The notes under the pieces were generated by a model that was not told the DNA's origin, made no database searches, and saw nothing but the letters and a program-made list of their open reading frames with translations. Shown here one piece after another: positions 8,356 to 18,278 of a stretch of DNA of 36,048 nucleotides. Origin of the DNA: Candidatus Omnitrophota bacterium. Its GTDB lineage: Bacteria; Omnitrophota; Gorgyraeia; Zapsychrales; Zapsychraceae. The translations under genes were made by a program, and so were the position numbers. The DNA lies in contig JADFXQ010000017.1 in assembly GCA_015233495.1 (NCBI GenBank), positions 1 to 36,048 of the forward strand, read 5' to 3'. Within the stretch, counting starts at the first letter, position 1. Every line of letters starts with the position of its first letter.

Positions 8356-8796
8356 ATGGCAAGTTTGAACAAGGTTTTTTTAATCGGGAATTTAACGCGT
8401 GATCCGGAATTGCGTTACACTCCCGGAGGCACGGCCGTGGCAAATCTCGGGATTGCGGTGAATCGGAAATTCAAAGATAGCTCGGGAGAATTAAAAGAAG
8501 AGGTTTGTTTTTTAACCGTTACGGTTTGGGATAAACAAGCGGAAGGCTGTTGTCAATATTTAACTAAAGGCCGGCCGGTTTTTGTCGAAGGCGTGTTGCA
8601 GTCCCGGTTCTGGGAAACGCCGGATGGTCAAAAACGCAGCGCTATTGACGTTCGGGCGGAACGGGTGCAGTTTTTAGGTCATGGCGCAAAAGATGCCGCG
8701 AAAGAACCAGGCGCGGGCGACGCCCCGGAAGCAGAACAACCACCGGGCGGGGAAGCGATAAAGCCGGAAGATATTACTTGGGATGAGAATAATTAG
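8356..8796 (+). CDS. ssb: Single-stranded DNA-binding protein
   Basis: [29 protein letters not shown]; acidic tail; GGAGG 6 nt before ATG 8356. Confidence 0.97.
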   Translation: MASLNKVFLIGNLTRDPELRYTPGGTAVANLGIAVNRKFKDSSGELKEEVCFLTVTVWDKQAEGCCQYLTKGRPVFVEGVLQSRFWETPDGQKRSAIDVRAERVQFLGHGAKDAAKEPGAGDAPEAEQPPGGEAIKPEDITWDENN

Positions 8797-8809
8797 GGAA
8801 AGGTTAATT

Positions 8810-9073
8810 ATGAGAATGGAACGAGATCAAAAAAAGACAACCAAGAAACGCCGGATGAACAGCCGGCCGCGCAATACCGTGCGGTTCCAACTGCCGGAAA
8901 TTGACGCTATTCATTTTAAAAATTTTACGATATTGCAAAAATTTTTAACCGAGCGCGGGAAATTGATACCCCGGCGGATTACGGGGCTTTCCGCCAAAGG
9001 ACAGCGACGGTTGACGGAAGCAGTTAAACAGGCGCGATTTTTGGCGTTGTTGTCCGGAGGAGGAGCGAGATAA
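8810..9073 (+). CDS. rpsR: 30S ribosomal protein bS18, cysteine-free
   Basis: [32 protein letters not shown]. Confidence 0.95.
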   Translation: MRMERDQKKTTKKRRMNSRPRNTVRFQLPEIDAIHFKNFTILQKFLTERGKLIPRRITGLSAKGQRRLTEAVKQARFLALLSGGGAR

Positions 9074-9077
9074 AAGC

Positions 9078-9204
9078 AATGACAAATAACAAAATTCTAA
9101 TGACAAAACAAAATTCCAAAATAGTTTTATATTTCAAAAACAAAAGAACAAAACAACAACCTAAAATTGAATATTTTGTAATTTGAATTTTGTTATTTGT
9201 CATT
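9078..9204. repeat. AT-rich palindromic element, copy 2
   Basis: Arms 9078-9108 and 9174-9204 are inverted repeats matching 29/31. Confidence 0.8.
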
Positions 9205-9222
9205 TAATAGGGGGATTGAATC

Positions 9223-9666
9223 ATGGAAGTCATATTATCGCAGGATGTGAAAGGCTTGGGGTATGTGGGGGACGTCGTTAAAGTCAAAGACGGTTATGCC
9301 CGGAATTTTATTTTTCCGCAGGAGCTGGGTTTTTTGGCGACGCCCGCTAATTTGAAAAAAATCGAGCAGCAGAAAAAGCGGCGGCAAGTTGAATATGATA
9401 CCAACAAGAAAAACGCTCAGGAGTTGGCGGATAAGCTGAGCAAGGTTTCTTGCACGGTCGCGGTTGAGGTGAACGATTTAGACAAACTTTATGGCTCGGT
9501 CACGGAAGTGGATATCGCGAAATCCTTGGAAGTGGAAGGTTACGTGGTCGATAAAAAATTGATCGAGATTGAAAAGCCGATTCAAGAGCTCGGTATTTTT
9601 GATGTTCCCATCAAACTGCATTCAGAAGTAACGGCGAAGATAAGGGTATGGGTCACGAAGAAGTAA
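9223..9666 (+). CDS. rplI: 50S ribosomal protein bL9
   Basis: MEVIL, GDVVKVKDGYARNFIFP, KLYGSVT, IKLHSEV. Confidence 0.97.
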   Translation: MEVILSQDVKGLGYVGDVVKVKDGYARNFIFPQELGFLATPANLKKIEQQKKRRQVEYDTNKKNAQELADKLSKVSCTVAVEVNDLDKLYGSVTEVDIAKSLEVEGYVVDKKLIEIEKPIQELGIFDVPIKLHSEVTAKIRVWVTKK

Positions 9667-10979
9667 GAGTCCCCCCACAAAATACGGAAGCGGAAAAGTC
9701 CGTCTTAGGGGCCATGTTGATGGACGATGAAGCCATCGGCGCGGCTGTGGAAATCCTTGAGGCGGATTTTTTTTATGAAGAAGCGCACCGCAAAATATTC
9801 CGCGCTATCGTCGAACTTTATCAGGCCCGCAAGAACGCTGACCTTATCACCATCTGCGACCGGTTGAAAAGCGACGGCGATCTTGAAGCGGTCGGCGGCG
9901 CGAGTTATCTCACCACTATCATCAATTTTGTTCCTACCGCGGCGAATATCCAGCATTACGCGCAAATCGTCAAAGAAAAAGGGATCTTGCGCAAATTGAT
10001 CAAGAACGCGACGCAGATCGTGACCGACAGTTTTGCGGCTGCGTCTTCGGCGGAAGAAATTGTCGACAACGCGGAACGGCTCATTTTTGACATCGCGGAT
10101 ATGAAGGAAAAGCATCAGACGGTCCATATCAAGGATGTCATCAAGGCGAACATCGAAAAATTGGACTTGCTTTATCAAAAGAAACAGCATGTCACCGGTC
10201 TGCCAACCGGTTTCACGGAAATTGATAAATACACTTCGGGTTTGCAAAAATCCGATTTGATCATAATCGCGGCCCGTCCGTCTATGGGGAAAACGGCTTT
10301 AGCCATGTCGATCGCTGAACGGGCGGCGATTGATTATAACGCCGCGGTTGGAGTTTTTAGTCTGGAAATGTCGAAAGAACAGTTGGTGCAGCGTTTGTTG
10401 TGTTCCCAGGCGAAGGTGGACGCGCAAAAAGTGCGGACAGGATTTTTTTCTTCTGCCGAGTGGCCTAAATTGACAAAAGCGGCGTCCCAGTTGTCAGCGG
10501 CGAAAATATTTATTGATGATACCCCCGCGATTTCCGCGCTGGAATTGCGGGCGAAAGCCCGGCGGCTGAAAGCTTCCCAAGATATTCAATTGATCGTTTT
10601 GGACTATATTCAGTTGATGCGCAGTACCAAGGCCTCGGAAAGCCGCCAACAGGAAATTTCGGAAATTTCCCGTTCCTTGAAAGCCTTGGCGCGGGAGTTG
10701 GAAGTCCCGGTGATCGCGCTTAGTCAGTTGTCCCGCGCGGTAGAATCGCGGCAAGATCATAAGCCGCAATTATCGGATTTGCGGGAGTCCGGGGCGATCG
10801 AACAAGACGCGGATGTGGTAATTTTGCTCTTACGGGAAGAATATTATAACTCCACGGAAGAGAACCGGGGTGTGGCGGATGTTATTATCGCCAAACAGCG
10901 TAACGGTCCGGTCGGCACGGTTAAACTCCAATTTACCAAGGAGTTTATTCGCTTCGAAAATCTTGCACATGGCAATTGA
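9648..10979 (+). CDS. dnaB: Replicative DNA helicase
   Basis: PPQNTEAEKSVLG, AARPSMGKT, FSLEMS, LDYIQLM, ALSQLSR, DLRESGAIEQDAD, KQRNGP; no intein. Confidence 0.98.
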   Translation: MGHEEVRVPPQNTEAEKSVLGAMLMDDEAIGAAVEILEADFFYEEAHRKIFRAIVELYQARKNADLITICDRLKSDGDLEAVGGASYLTTIINFVPTAANIQHYAQIVKEKGILRKLIKNATQIVTDSFAAASSAEEIVDNAERLIFDIADMKEKHQTVHIKDVIKANIEKLDLLYQKKQHVTGLPTGFTEIDKYTSGLQKSDLIIIAARPSMGKTALAMSIAERAAIDYNAAVGVFSLEMSKEQLVQRLLCSQAKVDAQKVRTGFFSSAEWPKLTKAASQLSAAKIFIDDTPAISALELRAKARRLKASQDIQLIVLDYIQLMRSTKASESRQQEISEISRSLKALARELEVPVIALSQLSRAVESRQDHKPQLSDLRESGAIEQDADVVILLLREEYYNSTEENRGVADVIIAKQRNGPVGTVKLQFTKEFIRFENLAHGN

Positions 10980-11004
10980 CAGCCGCAGACAACCTCTTTA
11001 TAAT
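10976..11004 (+). promoter_or_regulatory. Perfect-consensus sigma70 promoter for the bamA-skp-lpx genes
   Basis: TTGACA (10976-10981, overlapping the dnaB stop), 17-nt spacer, TATAAT (10999-11004). Confidence 0.85.
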
Positions 11005-11069
11005 CCATGAAGTTGAAATTTTGAGTCCGAAAATCTCCTCAAATTCCGGTTGTAAACTATGGAGAGAGA

Positions 11070-13436
11070 ATGAAAAATCTATTTAACGGGAAGCGGATTG
11101 CGGCGCTTATTTTGATGACGGAATTGACGATTTTAGGGCCAGGGCGTTTCGCCGTCGCGCAGAGTAATGAAATGTTGACGCCGCCCGCCGCGGTTAAGGA
11201 AGCGGCGCCCGCGGGAACGGAATCCAAAGCAGTGAAAGCGATTGAAATAAAAGGGAATAAAACTATATCGGTTGCCACAATTTTGTCGAAGATCAAAACC
11301 CGGGTTGGCCAGGAATATATCCAAACGGTTGTCAGTGATGATCTTAAGCGCTTATATAACACCGGATATTTTTCCGATGTGCGGGTGGACCGGGAAGATT
11401 TAGAAGGAGGGTTTAAGGTAATTATTTTTGTGACGGAAAAGGGAGTGGTGAGTGATGTGACTTTTTCCAAGACCCGGTATATTCCCGCAGTGACCCTAAA
11501 GCGAAAAATCAAAACCCAGATTGGGAAGTTTTTAGACAGCAAGGTTTTAAAGGAAGACACCGAAACCATTAAAGATCTTTACGCGAAAAAAGGGCTCACT
11601 TTGGCGGAGGTCGAGGCGGAATCGTTTGTGGATGAAGTCACCAATAAAGTTAGTGTGCATTTCGTGATCCGTGAGGGTTATCGGGTCATTGTTCGGAGAA
11701 TCAATTTTGAGGGAAACCGGGCTTTTCGGGACGGCAAGATCATCAGCGTGATCAAATTGCGGAAAAAACGTTTTTTCAATTCCGCATTTCTCAAAGAAGA
11801 AACTTTGAAAGAAGACATGGAACGGATCGCCAGTTTTTATGAGCAGCAGGGATATATTGACGCGGCTGCGACTTATAAAATCAATTACATGGAAAAGGGC
11901 CGCGTTGAGGTGGATATTTTTATTAAAGAAGGCAAACGCTACTATGTCGGCAATGTGACGGTCGCAGGGAATGCGATAATTTCCAATAAGGAAATTTTGG
12001 GAGAAATGAAGAATATTAAAAGCGGGGGCATATTCAGCCGCAATAAATTATCTTTGGATTTGGCCAGCATTCGCACTTTGTATTTTGATCACGGGTATAT
12101 TTTCGCCAATGTCGCGGATTCCACTTCCATTGATCCGCAGTCCGGCAAGGTTGAGGTGAAGATCAATATCGAAGAGGGAAAATTGGCGTATATCGAGCGG
12201 ATCAAAATTGAAGGGAACACGCGGACGCGCGACATAGTCATTCGTCGTGAACTCAAACTCCAGCCGGGTGACCGGTTTGACGGATCAAAATTGCGGCGCA
12301 GTAAAGAGAAATTGACTAATCTGGGATATTTTGAAGATGTCGGGTTTGATATGGAAGACACCAACGCGGATGACCGCAAAAATCTTGTGGTTCAGGTCAA
12401 AGAAGCCAAGACCGGCACGTTTAGTTTTGGCGGCGGTTTTAGCACCGTAGACAAGATGGTGGGGTTTGTGGAAATTGAGCAACGCAATTTTGACATTACT
12501 AACTGGCCGACGTTTACGGGGGGCGGCCAGAAATTACAATTGCGCGGGGAAATCGGGTCAACGAAAAATAATCAAACGTTGAGTTTTACCGAACCCTGGT
12601 TGTTTGATTATCCGGTGTCCGGCGGGTTTGACGCTTACCGGTCGGTTCATTCCCGAGAACAAGACACGGGGTATGCTTATGATGAACAACGGATCGGCGG
12701 GGTGATCCGTTTTGGCAAACAGTTTACGGATTATATTGACGGATCATTGTTTTATAAAAACGAACAGGTGAAGATCAGCAATTTCGTAGATAATCTATCC
12801 AAGGATGTTTTAGCGGAACAGGGAAAAAATCAAACCAGCGATATAGGGTTTTCTTTGACCCGCAATACCTGTGACAGCACCATCAACCCCACCAAGGGGA
12901 CCATACTGGGCGGGACGTTTGACGTTGCCGGCGGGTTTTTAGGCGGGGATAAAGATTTTTATCGTTTTCAAGGAAACGGCAGTTATTTTCAACCCTTGTG
13001 GTTTAATTCTGTTTTAGAATTCCGCGGCCGGATGGGCGTGGAAAACGCCTACGGCGATTCGACTAAGGTCCCGATTTTTGAAAGATTTTTTGCCGGCGGC
13101 GCCCGGACTATCCGCGGATATGATGAACGCGCGGTTGGCCCGTTGGATAGCCAAACCAATGATCCGATCGGCGGCGAGAGTTTGATCGTCGGGAATATCG
13201 AATACACAATCCCGCTGATCCAATACATCAAATTGGCGGGGTTTTTCGACACGGGGAATGTTTGGTCAAAAATGGAAGACCTGGGCAAAGGCAATTTCAA
13301 ATCGGGGACAGGTTTGGGATTGCGCGTCAAAACACCCATTGGGCCGGTCAACTTAGATTATGGGATACCTTTGAGCATCCAAGAAGGCCAAAAACGTTCG
13401 GGTAAATTTTATTTCAGCGTCAGCCGAGGATTTTAA
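11070..13436 (+). CDS. bamA: Outer membrane protein assembly factor BamA
   Basis: Signal peptide, POTRA repeats (GNTRTRDIVIRRE, LGYFEDV), IRGY loop motif, TPIGP, C-terminal Phe. Confidence 0.97.
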   Translation: MKNLFNGKRIAALILMTELTILGPGRFAVAQSNEMLTPPAAVKEAAPAGTESKAVKAIEIKGNKTISVATILSKIKTRVGQEYIQTVVSDDLKRLYNTGYFSDVRVDREDLEGGFKVIIFVTEKGVVSDVTFSKTRYIPAVTLKRKIKTQIGKFLDSKVLKEDTETIKDLYAKKGLTLAEVEAESFVDEVTNKVSVHFVIREGYRVIVRRINFEGNRAFRDGKIISVIKLRKKRFFNSAFLKEETLKEDMERIASFYEQQGYIDAAATYKINYMEKGRVEVDIFIKEGKRYYVGNVTVAGNAIISNKEILGEMKNIKSGGIFSRNKLSLDLASIRTLYFDHGYIFANVADSTSIDPQSGKVEVKINIEEGKLAYIERIKIEGNTRTRDIVIRRELKLQPGDRFDGSKLRRSKEKLTNLGYFEDVGFDMEDTNADDRKNLVVQVKEAKTGTFSFGGGFSTVDKMVGFVEIEQRNFDITNWPTFTGGGQKLQLRGEIGSTKNNQTLSFTEPWLFDYPVSGGFDAYRSVHSREQDTGYAYDEQRIGGVIRFGKQFTDYIDGSLFYKNEQVKISNFVDNLSKDVLAEQGKNQTSDIGFSLTRNTCDSTINPTKGTILGGTFDVAGGFLGGDKDFYRFQGNGSYFQPLWFNSVLEFRGRMGVENAYGDSTKVPIFERFFAGGARTIRGYDERAVGPLDSQTNDPIGGESLIVGNIEYTIPLIQYIKLAGFFDTGNVWSKMEDLGKGNFKSGTGLGLRVKTPIGPVNLDYGIPLSIQEGQKRSGKFYFSVSRGF

Positions 13437-13464
13437 AATTTTATAAAAAAACAAGGAGGAAGAA

Positions 13465-14007
13465 ATGAAACGATTACCATTAATTACCATTTTAGCGTTA
13501 GCTTTAGCTGTGGTGGGCAGCGGATCCTATGCCGCCGCGCAGACAACGGCCGGCGGAAAGATCGGATATGTTAATTTGAGCCGGTTGTTTGATGAGTATT
13601 ATAAGACCAAACAGTATGATCAAGTGCTGCAGGACAAACAGGGTAAAATTAAGACCGATTTAGAATCCCGGGTGGAGAAGATCAAAGAAACCCAGGGGAA
13701 ATTGAACCTTTTGAGCGCGGATAAAAAAGGGGATATTGAAAAACAATTAGAGCAGATGAAGGGCGATTTTGATAAATATCAACAGGACCAAGCCCAGACC
13801 TTTACCAAGGAACGGAACGAAAAGATCCGGGAAATTCTTTTAGAGATTGAAGGGATTGTGAAAGATTTCGCGGGTAAAGAAGGATATTCCGTTATTCTCA
13901 ATGACCGTGTCTTGATTTTTGGCGATCAGACCATGGATGTGACGGAACAAGTGTTAAAAAAATTGAACGCTGCCGCGCCGGCTAAAGCCGCTGCCGGAAA
14001 GAAATAA
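13465..14007 (+). CDS. skp: Skp/OmpH periplasmic chaperone
   Basis: Signal peptide, KIGYVNL, coiled coil, EGYSVIL...DVTEQVL; lies between bamA and lpxD. Confidence 0.92.
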   Translation: MKRLPLITILALALAVVGSGSYAAAQTTAGGKIGYVNLSRLFDEYYKTKQYDQVLQDKQGKIKTDLESRVEKIKETQGKLNLLSADKKGDIEKQLEQMKGDFDKYQQDQAQTFTKERNEKIREILLEIEGIVKDFAGKEGYSVILNDRVLIFGDQTMDVTEQVLKKLNAAAPAKAAAGKK

Positions 14008-14040
14008 TCTGTGGGTTGATTTAAGGTTTGCTGAGATCCG

Positions 14041-14084
14041 CTGCCCTTCTGATAGCGTTGTTTTCAGAAGGGCAGTATTTTATT
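14041..14084 (+). terminator. Probable intrinsic terminator after skp
   Basis: Perfect 12-bp stem ctgcccttctga/tcagaagggcag followed by tattttatt. Confidence 0.65.
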
Positions 14085-14196
14085 AGGCGCCAGGTTTATT
14101 GATCAAGGCGGATGGCGCAAAGTTCTCAGCGAAAGGGTAAAACATTGTTTTCTAAATCCTGGCCCTTTCGCCTTGAACTTATTAGGATTATGCGGA

Positions 14197-15243
14197 ATGC
14201 GCAAGACTCTTAAAGAAATAGCGGAATTAGTCAACGGCGAGGTGACAGGGGACGCGGGGCTAATGATTACCGGCCTCTGCGGTATCAAAGAAGCCCAAGC
14301 GGGAGATTTGACTTTTCTGGCTAATAATAAATATTTGCCGGATTTGAAAACTACCCGCGCCACTGCCGTGATTATCGGACCAGACGTGGAGATTCCGGCG
14401 CTGCCTTGTATTCGCGTCCAGCAGGCTTCGGCGGCTTTTTCTTTGATTTTATCGACAATAGCGAAGCAGGATCAAACGCGTTTGACGGGGGTTCATCCCA
14501 CCGCTATTTTAGGGCCGGGCGTTAAATTGGGAAAGGCGGTAGCGATTGGCGCGTATTGCGTAATTGAAGCCGGTGTAGTTATTGGGGATCATTGTGTTAT
14601 TTATAGCGGATGCTTTATCGGGCAGGACACGGTTTTGGGGAAAGAGTGTTTCTTGTATCCCAACGTGGTTATCCGGGAGCGGATAACTCTTAAAGACCGG
14701 GTGATGATCCATCCCGGCGCGGTGATCGGCGCGGATGGGTTTGGCTATGAGATGATTGAGGGAACCTATCAAAAAATCCTCCAGATTGGCACGGTGATCA
14801 TTGAAGATGATGTGGAAATCGGGGCCAATGTAACGATTGACCGGGCGCGGTTTGATAAGACGTTTATCGGCCGGGGGACAAAGATCGACAATCTGGTGCA
14901 GATCGCGCATAATGTGATTATTGAGGAGCATTGCGCGATCGCTGCTCAGGTGGGCATATCCGGCAGCAATCACATTGGCAAACGTACCCGGATGGGCGGA
15001 CAAGCCGGACTGGCCGGCCACTTGACGATCGGCGAAGCCGCGGTGATCGCCGCCCAGGCGGGAGTGACGAAATCCGTACCCGCGGGGACAATGGTTTCGG
15101 GATATCCGGCGAAACCGCACGCTGAAGCCATTAAGGTCAACGCTTGTTTGCAGCGGCTGCCGATTTATGTCGAGGAAATCCGCAAGTTACGGGAAAAGGT
15201 CGCGGCGTTAGAAAAACAACTTATCGCGGGAAGCGGGAAATAA
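14197..15243 (+). CDS. lpxD: UDP-3-O-acyl-glucosamine N-acyltransferase
   Basis: [47 protein letters not shown]. Confidence 0.97.
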   Translation: MRKTLKEIAELVNGEVTGDAGLMITGLCGIKEAQAGDLTFLANNKYLPDLKTTRATAVIIGPDVEIPALPCIRVQQASAAFSLILSTIAKQDQTRLTGVHPTAILGPGVKLGKAVAIGAYCVIEAGVVIGDHCVIYSGCFIGQDTVLGKECFLYPNVVIRERITLKDRVMIHPGAVIGADGFGYEMIEGTYQKILQIGTVIIEDDVEIGANVTIDRARFDKTFIGRGTKIDNLVQIAHNVIIEEHCAIAAQVGISGSNHIGKRTRMGGQAGLAGHLTIGEAAVIAAQAGVTKSVPAGTMVSGYPAKPHAEAIKVNACLQRLPIYVEEIRKLREKVAALEKQLIAGSGK

Positions 15244-15245
15244 GC

Positions 15246-16568
15246 ATGGCGGAAAAACAAAAGACCATACAATCCGAAATTTCCATCGAGGGTGTGGGAT
15301 TGCATACCGGAATAAAGGCGCGGCTCACGTTTAAACCGGCAGCCATGGGTACGGGAATCCAATTTGTCCGGGTTGATTTAGCGGGCGCGCCGGTAGTGAA
15401 AGCCTGTTTTGAAAATGTCAGTCCGAAAGATTTAGGCCGTTGCACGGCTTTAGGCCGCGGCGAAGTTGTAGTGCAGACCGTTGAGCATCTGCTGGGCGTT
15501 TGTTGCGGGCTGGGGATAACGAATTTAACAGTGGAAATCAATGCGGCGGAAGTACCGGGCTTGGACGGCAGCGGCGCCGCGTTTTTAAAAATTTTGCGGC
15601 AAAGCGGGATTGTGGAACAAGCAGCGGACGCGGAAATTTTTGTGATCCGCGAAGCCGTGGGTGTGGCTTCATCCGGCGCCGCGATCTATGTGTCTCCTGG
15701 GGAAGATTATCACATCGCTTACACTTTGGATTACGATCATCCGGTTTTGCGGTCGCAATTTTTTAGCACCGGAGTAGACCACCAGCGATTTGAAACTGAA
15801 ATCGCGCCGGCGCGGACGTTTTGCTTGGAAGAGGAAGCACAGCTTTTACGCGCGCAGGGTTTGGGCCGGGGAGCCGATTTTAACAATACATTAGTGGTGG
15901 GCAAAAACGGCGTGAAAAATAATCAGGTCCGTTTTAGCGATGAGTTTGCCCGGCATAAAGTTTTGGACTTGATCGGGGATTTATATCTTTTAGGCGCCGT
16001 GATCCGCGGACATGTCTTCGCCGTGAAAAGCGGACATAACCTGAATTATCAGCTGCTTAAGAAAATTTATGACCAGAAAAAAAAATTCGAATCAATAGGG
16101 CGGGGAGCGGCGCCGGTTGCCGCGGCCGGCGCGGCAATACCGGTCGAAGCGATTATGCGGGTTATCCCGCACCGGTATCCTTTTTTGCTGGTTGACCGGG
16201 TCTTTGAAATCGAACCCGGGAAAAAAGCGGTCGGCATCAAAAATGTCACGATCAATGAGGGTTTTTTTCAGGGGCATTTTCCGGGACGGCCGGTCATGCC
16301 GGGCGTGTTGATGATTGAGGCTATGGCCCAGGTCGCCGGTGTCATGATCCTGCGGCAAGGCGCGCATCAGGGCAAAGTAGCTTTTTTTATGACCATTGAC
16401 AATATCAAATTTCGGCGGGTTGTCGTTCCGGGCGACCAGCTGGTGATGGAAGTCGAATTGATTAAAGACCGCGGCCGGGTCGCCCAGATTCGGGGGGTCG
16501 CGAAAGTCGACGGGGATATTGTCGTGGAAGCAGATATGATGTTTACTTTGGCTCCGGCGGTGTCATAA
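15246..16568 (+). CDS. lpxC-fabZ: Fused LpxC deacetylase / FabZ dehydratase
   Basis: [30 protein letters not shown], then [28 protein letters not shown]. Confidence 0.96.
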   Translation: MAEKQKTIQSEISIEGVGLHTGIKARLTFKPAAMGTGIQFVRVDLAGAPVVKACFENVSPKDLGRCTALGRGEVVVQTVEHLLGVCCGLGITNLTVEINAAEVPGLDGSGAAFLKILRQSGIVEQAADAEIFVIREAVGVASSGAAIYVSPGEDYHIAYTLDYDHPVLRSQFFSTGVDHQRFETEIAPARTFCLEEEAQLLRAQGLGRGADFNNTLVVGKNGVKNNQVRFSDEFARHKVLDLIGDLYLLGAVIRGHVFAVKSGHNLNYQLLKKIYDQKKKFESIGRGAAPVAAAGAAIPVEAIMRVIPHRYPFLLVDRVFEIEPGKKAVGIKNVTINEGFFQGHFPGRPVMPGVLMIEAMAQVAGVMILRQGAHQGKVAFFMTIDNIKFRRVVVPGDQLVMEVELIKDRGRVAQIRGVAKVDGDIVVEADMMFTLAPAVS

Positions 16569-16619
16569 ATATGAGGGGCAACAACGCGCCGGCGAGCTCC
16601 GATGGAGAAAGGTTTTTTT

Positions 16620-17453
16620 ATGGGAAATATCGCGATTCATCCAACCGCGGTTGTGCATCCTAACGCCAAAATCGCGGCGGGCGTTGCTATTGGCCCGTAT
16701 ACGGTGGTTGAAGAACATGTCATCTTAGAAAAAGATTCAGTCATCGGCAGTCATTGTGTGATTACCGGGCGCACGACCATTGGCCGCAATGCTCGGGTTT
16801 TCACCGGCGCGGTGATCGGCAGTATTCCTCAGGATAAAAAATTCAATCCGAAAGACCCAGTGACCTTAGAAATCGGCGCGGATAATGTTATCCGGGAATA
16901 TGTGACTATCAATCCGGGCACGTTGGAAGGCGGGGGACGGACCGTGATCGGCGACGGAAATTTATTGATGGCCTATTGTCACGTTGCCCACGACTGTCGC
17001 ATTGGCCATAAATGCATTATGGCGAACGCCGCGACTTTAGGCGGCCACGTGGAATTGGAGAACAATGTCACCATTGGGGGATTTAGCGCGGTGCATCAAT
17101 ACACCCGGTTAGGCCGTTTGTGTATTGTGGGGGGATGTTCCAAGGTGGTGCAGGATGTTCCGCCTTTTTCCATGTGTGACGGTCATCCGGCACGGGTGCA
17201 CGGTTTAAACAGTGTGGGGCTCAAACGCGCCGGGTTTTCGTCGGAGGCTTTGTTGGAATTGAAACGGGCGTTTAAGACATTATTTCATTCGGGGTTATCC
17301 CGCGGCCATGCCTTGGCGCAATTGGCCAAAAGTCAGCCGCTGATCACGGAAGTCAGACAGTTGGTTGATTTTATCCAAGCTTCTAAGCGCGGGGTATGCG
17401 GGGGCGAACGGGTTTTGCGGCTCAAGGCGGAAGGCGCCAGTTTTGAGGGTTAA
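16620..17453 (+). CDS. lpxA: UDP-N-acetylglucosamine acyltransferase
   Basis: IHPTAVV, PQDKKF, IREYVTI, HVAHDC, VHQY, GLNSVGLKRAGF. Confidence 0.97.
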   Translation: MGNIAIHPTAVVHPNAKIAAGVAIGPYTVVEEHVILEKDSVIGSHCVITGRTTIGRNARVFTGAVIGSIPQDKKFNPKDPVTLEIGADNVIREYVTINPGTLEGGGRTVIGDGNLLMAYCHVAHDCRIGHKCIMANAATLGGHVELENNVTIGGFSAVHQYTRLGRLCIVGGCSKVVQDVPPFSMCDGHPARVHGLNSVGLKRAGFSSEALLELKRAFKTLFHSGLSRGHALAQLAKSQPLITEVRQLVDFIQASKRGVCGGERVLRLKAEGASFEG

Positions 17454-17471
17454 GTTGCAGAAGGGGGACAA

Positions 17472-18278
17472 ATGGCTAGATTAGGTCTGATTGCCGGGAA
17501 TGGGAAGTTTCCTTTTGCCTTTGCGCAAAAAGCTAAGACGTTGGGGTATAGTGTGGTAGCGGCAGGAGTGAAGGGCGATACCTCGCCATGGCTGCGGTTT
17601 TATGTTGAGCAGCTGCGCTTTTTTGACGTCGGGGCTTTGGGGGAAATGTTCGCGTATTTTCAAGCTGCCGGCGTAAACGAAGTTATTATGGCCGGACAGG
17701 TAAACCCGAATAATTTATTTGATCCGCGCGTCCGTTTGGACGAGAAATTTCGCGCGGTGTTTGAGGCGATCCGGGACCGCAAGGCGGACACGATTTTTTG
17801 CGCCATTGCCGATCAGCTGGCGGCCCGGGGAATGCGGCTTTTGGATTCGACTTTTTTGTTAAAGGATAACCTGGCGGCAGCGGGCGTTTTGACTTTGCGC
17901 AAGCCGACCGGCGGGGAAGTCGTTGACGCGCGGTTCGGCCGGGAGATCGCGAAAGCCATGGGACATATTGATGTCGGGCAGACAGTGGTGGTGAAAGAGA
18001 AAGCCATTGTGGCCGTGGAAGCGATGGAAGGCACGGACCAGACGATTTTACGCGGCGGCCGTATTGCCCGCCGCGGCGCGGTTGTCGTCAAAATGAGCAA
18101 ACCAAACCAGGACCACCGGTTTGACGTGCCGGTGGTCGGACCGCGGACGATAAAAACCATGGCGAGGGTTAATGCCGGTTGTCTGGTGGTCGAGGCGGGC
18201 AAGACGATCATCCTCGATCAGGACAAAACTATTGCCTTAGCCGCGCGGCAGCATATTTGTATCATCGCTGTGCATTGA
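17472..18278 (+). CDS. lpxI: UDP-2,3-diacylglucosamine pyrophosphatase LpxI
   Basis: GLIAGNGKFP, DVGQTVVV, AVEAMEGTD, KPNQDHRFDVPVVG; follows lpxA. Confidence 0.94.
   Translation: MARLGLIAGNGKFPFAFAQKAKTLGYSVVAAGVKGDTSPWLRFYVEQLRFFDVGALGEMFAYFQAAGVNEVIMAGQVNPNNLFDPRVRLDEKFRAVFEAIRDRKADTIFCAIADQLAARGMRLLDSTFLLKDNLAAAGVLTLRKPTGGEVVDARFGREIAKAMGHIDVGQTVVVKEKAIVAVEAMEGTDQTILRGGRIARRGAVVVKMSKPNQDHRFDVPVVGPRTIKTMARVNAGCLVVEAGKTIILDQDKTIALAARQHICIIAVH

Noticed and set aside
4006..9204. CRISPR array or integron attC sites among the repeats
   Set aside because: No regularly spaced direct repeats with spacers, no cas or integron integrase gene, and the flanking genes are housekeeping.
15246..16568. 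LpxC-FabZ fusion as a novelty
   Set aside because: This fusion is well known in Bacteroidota and other lineages.
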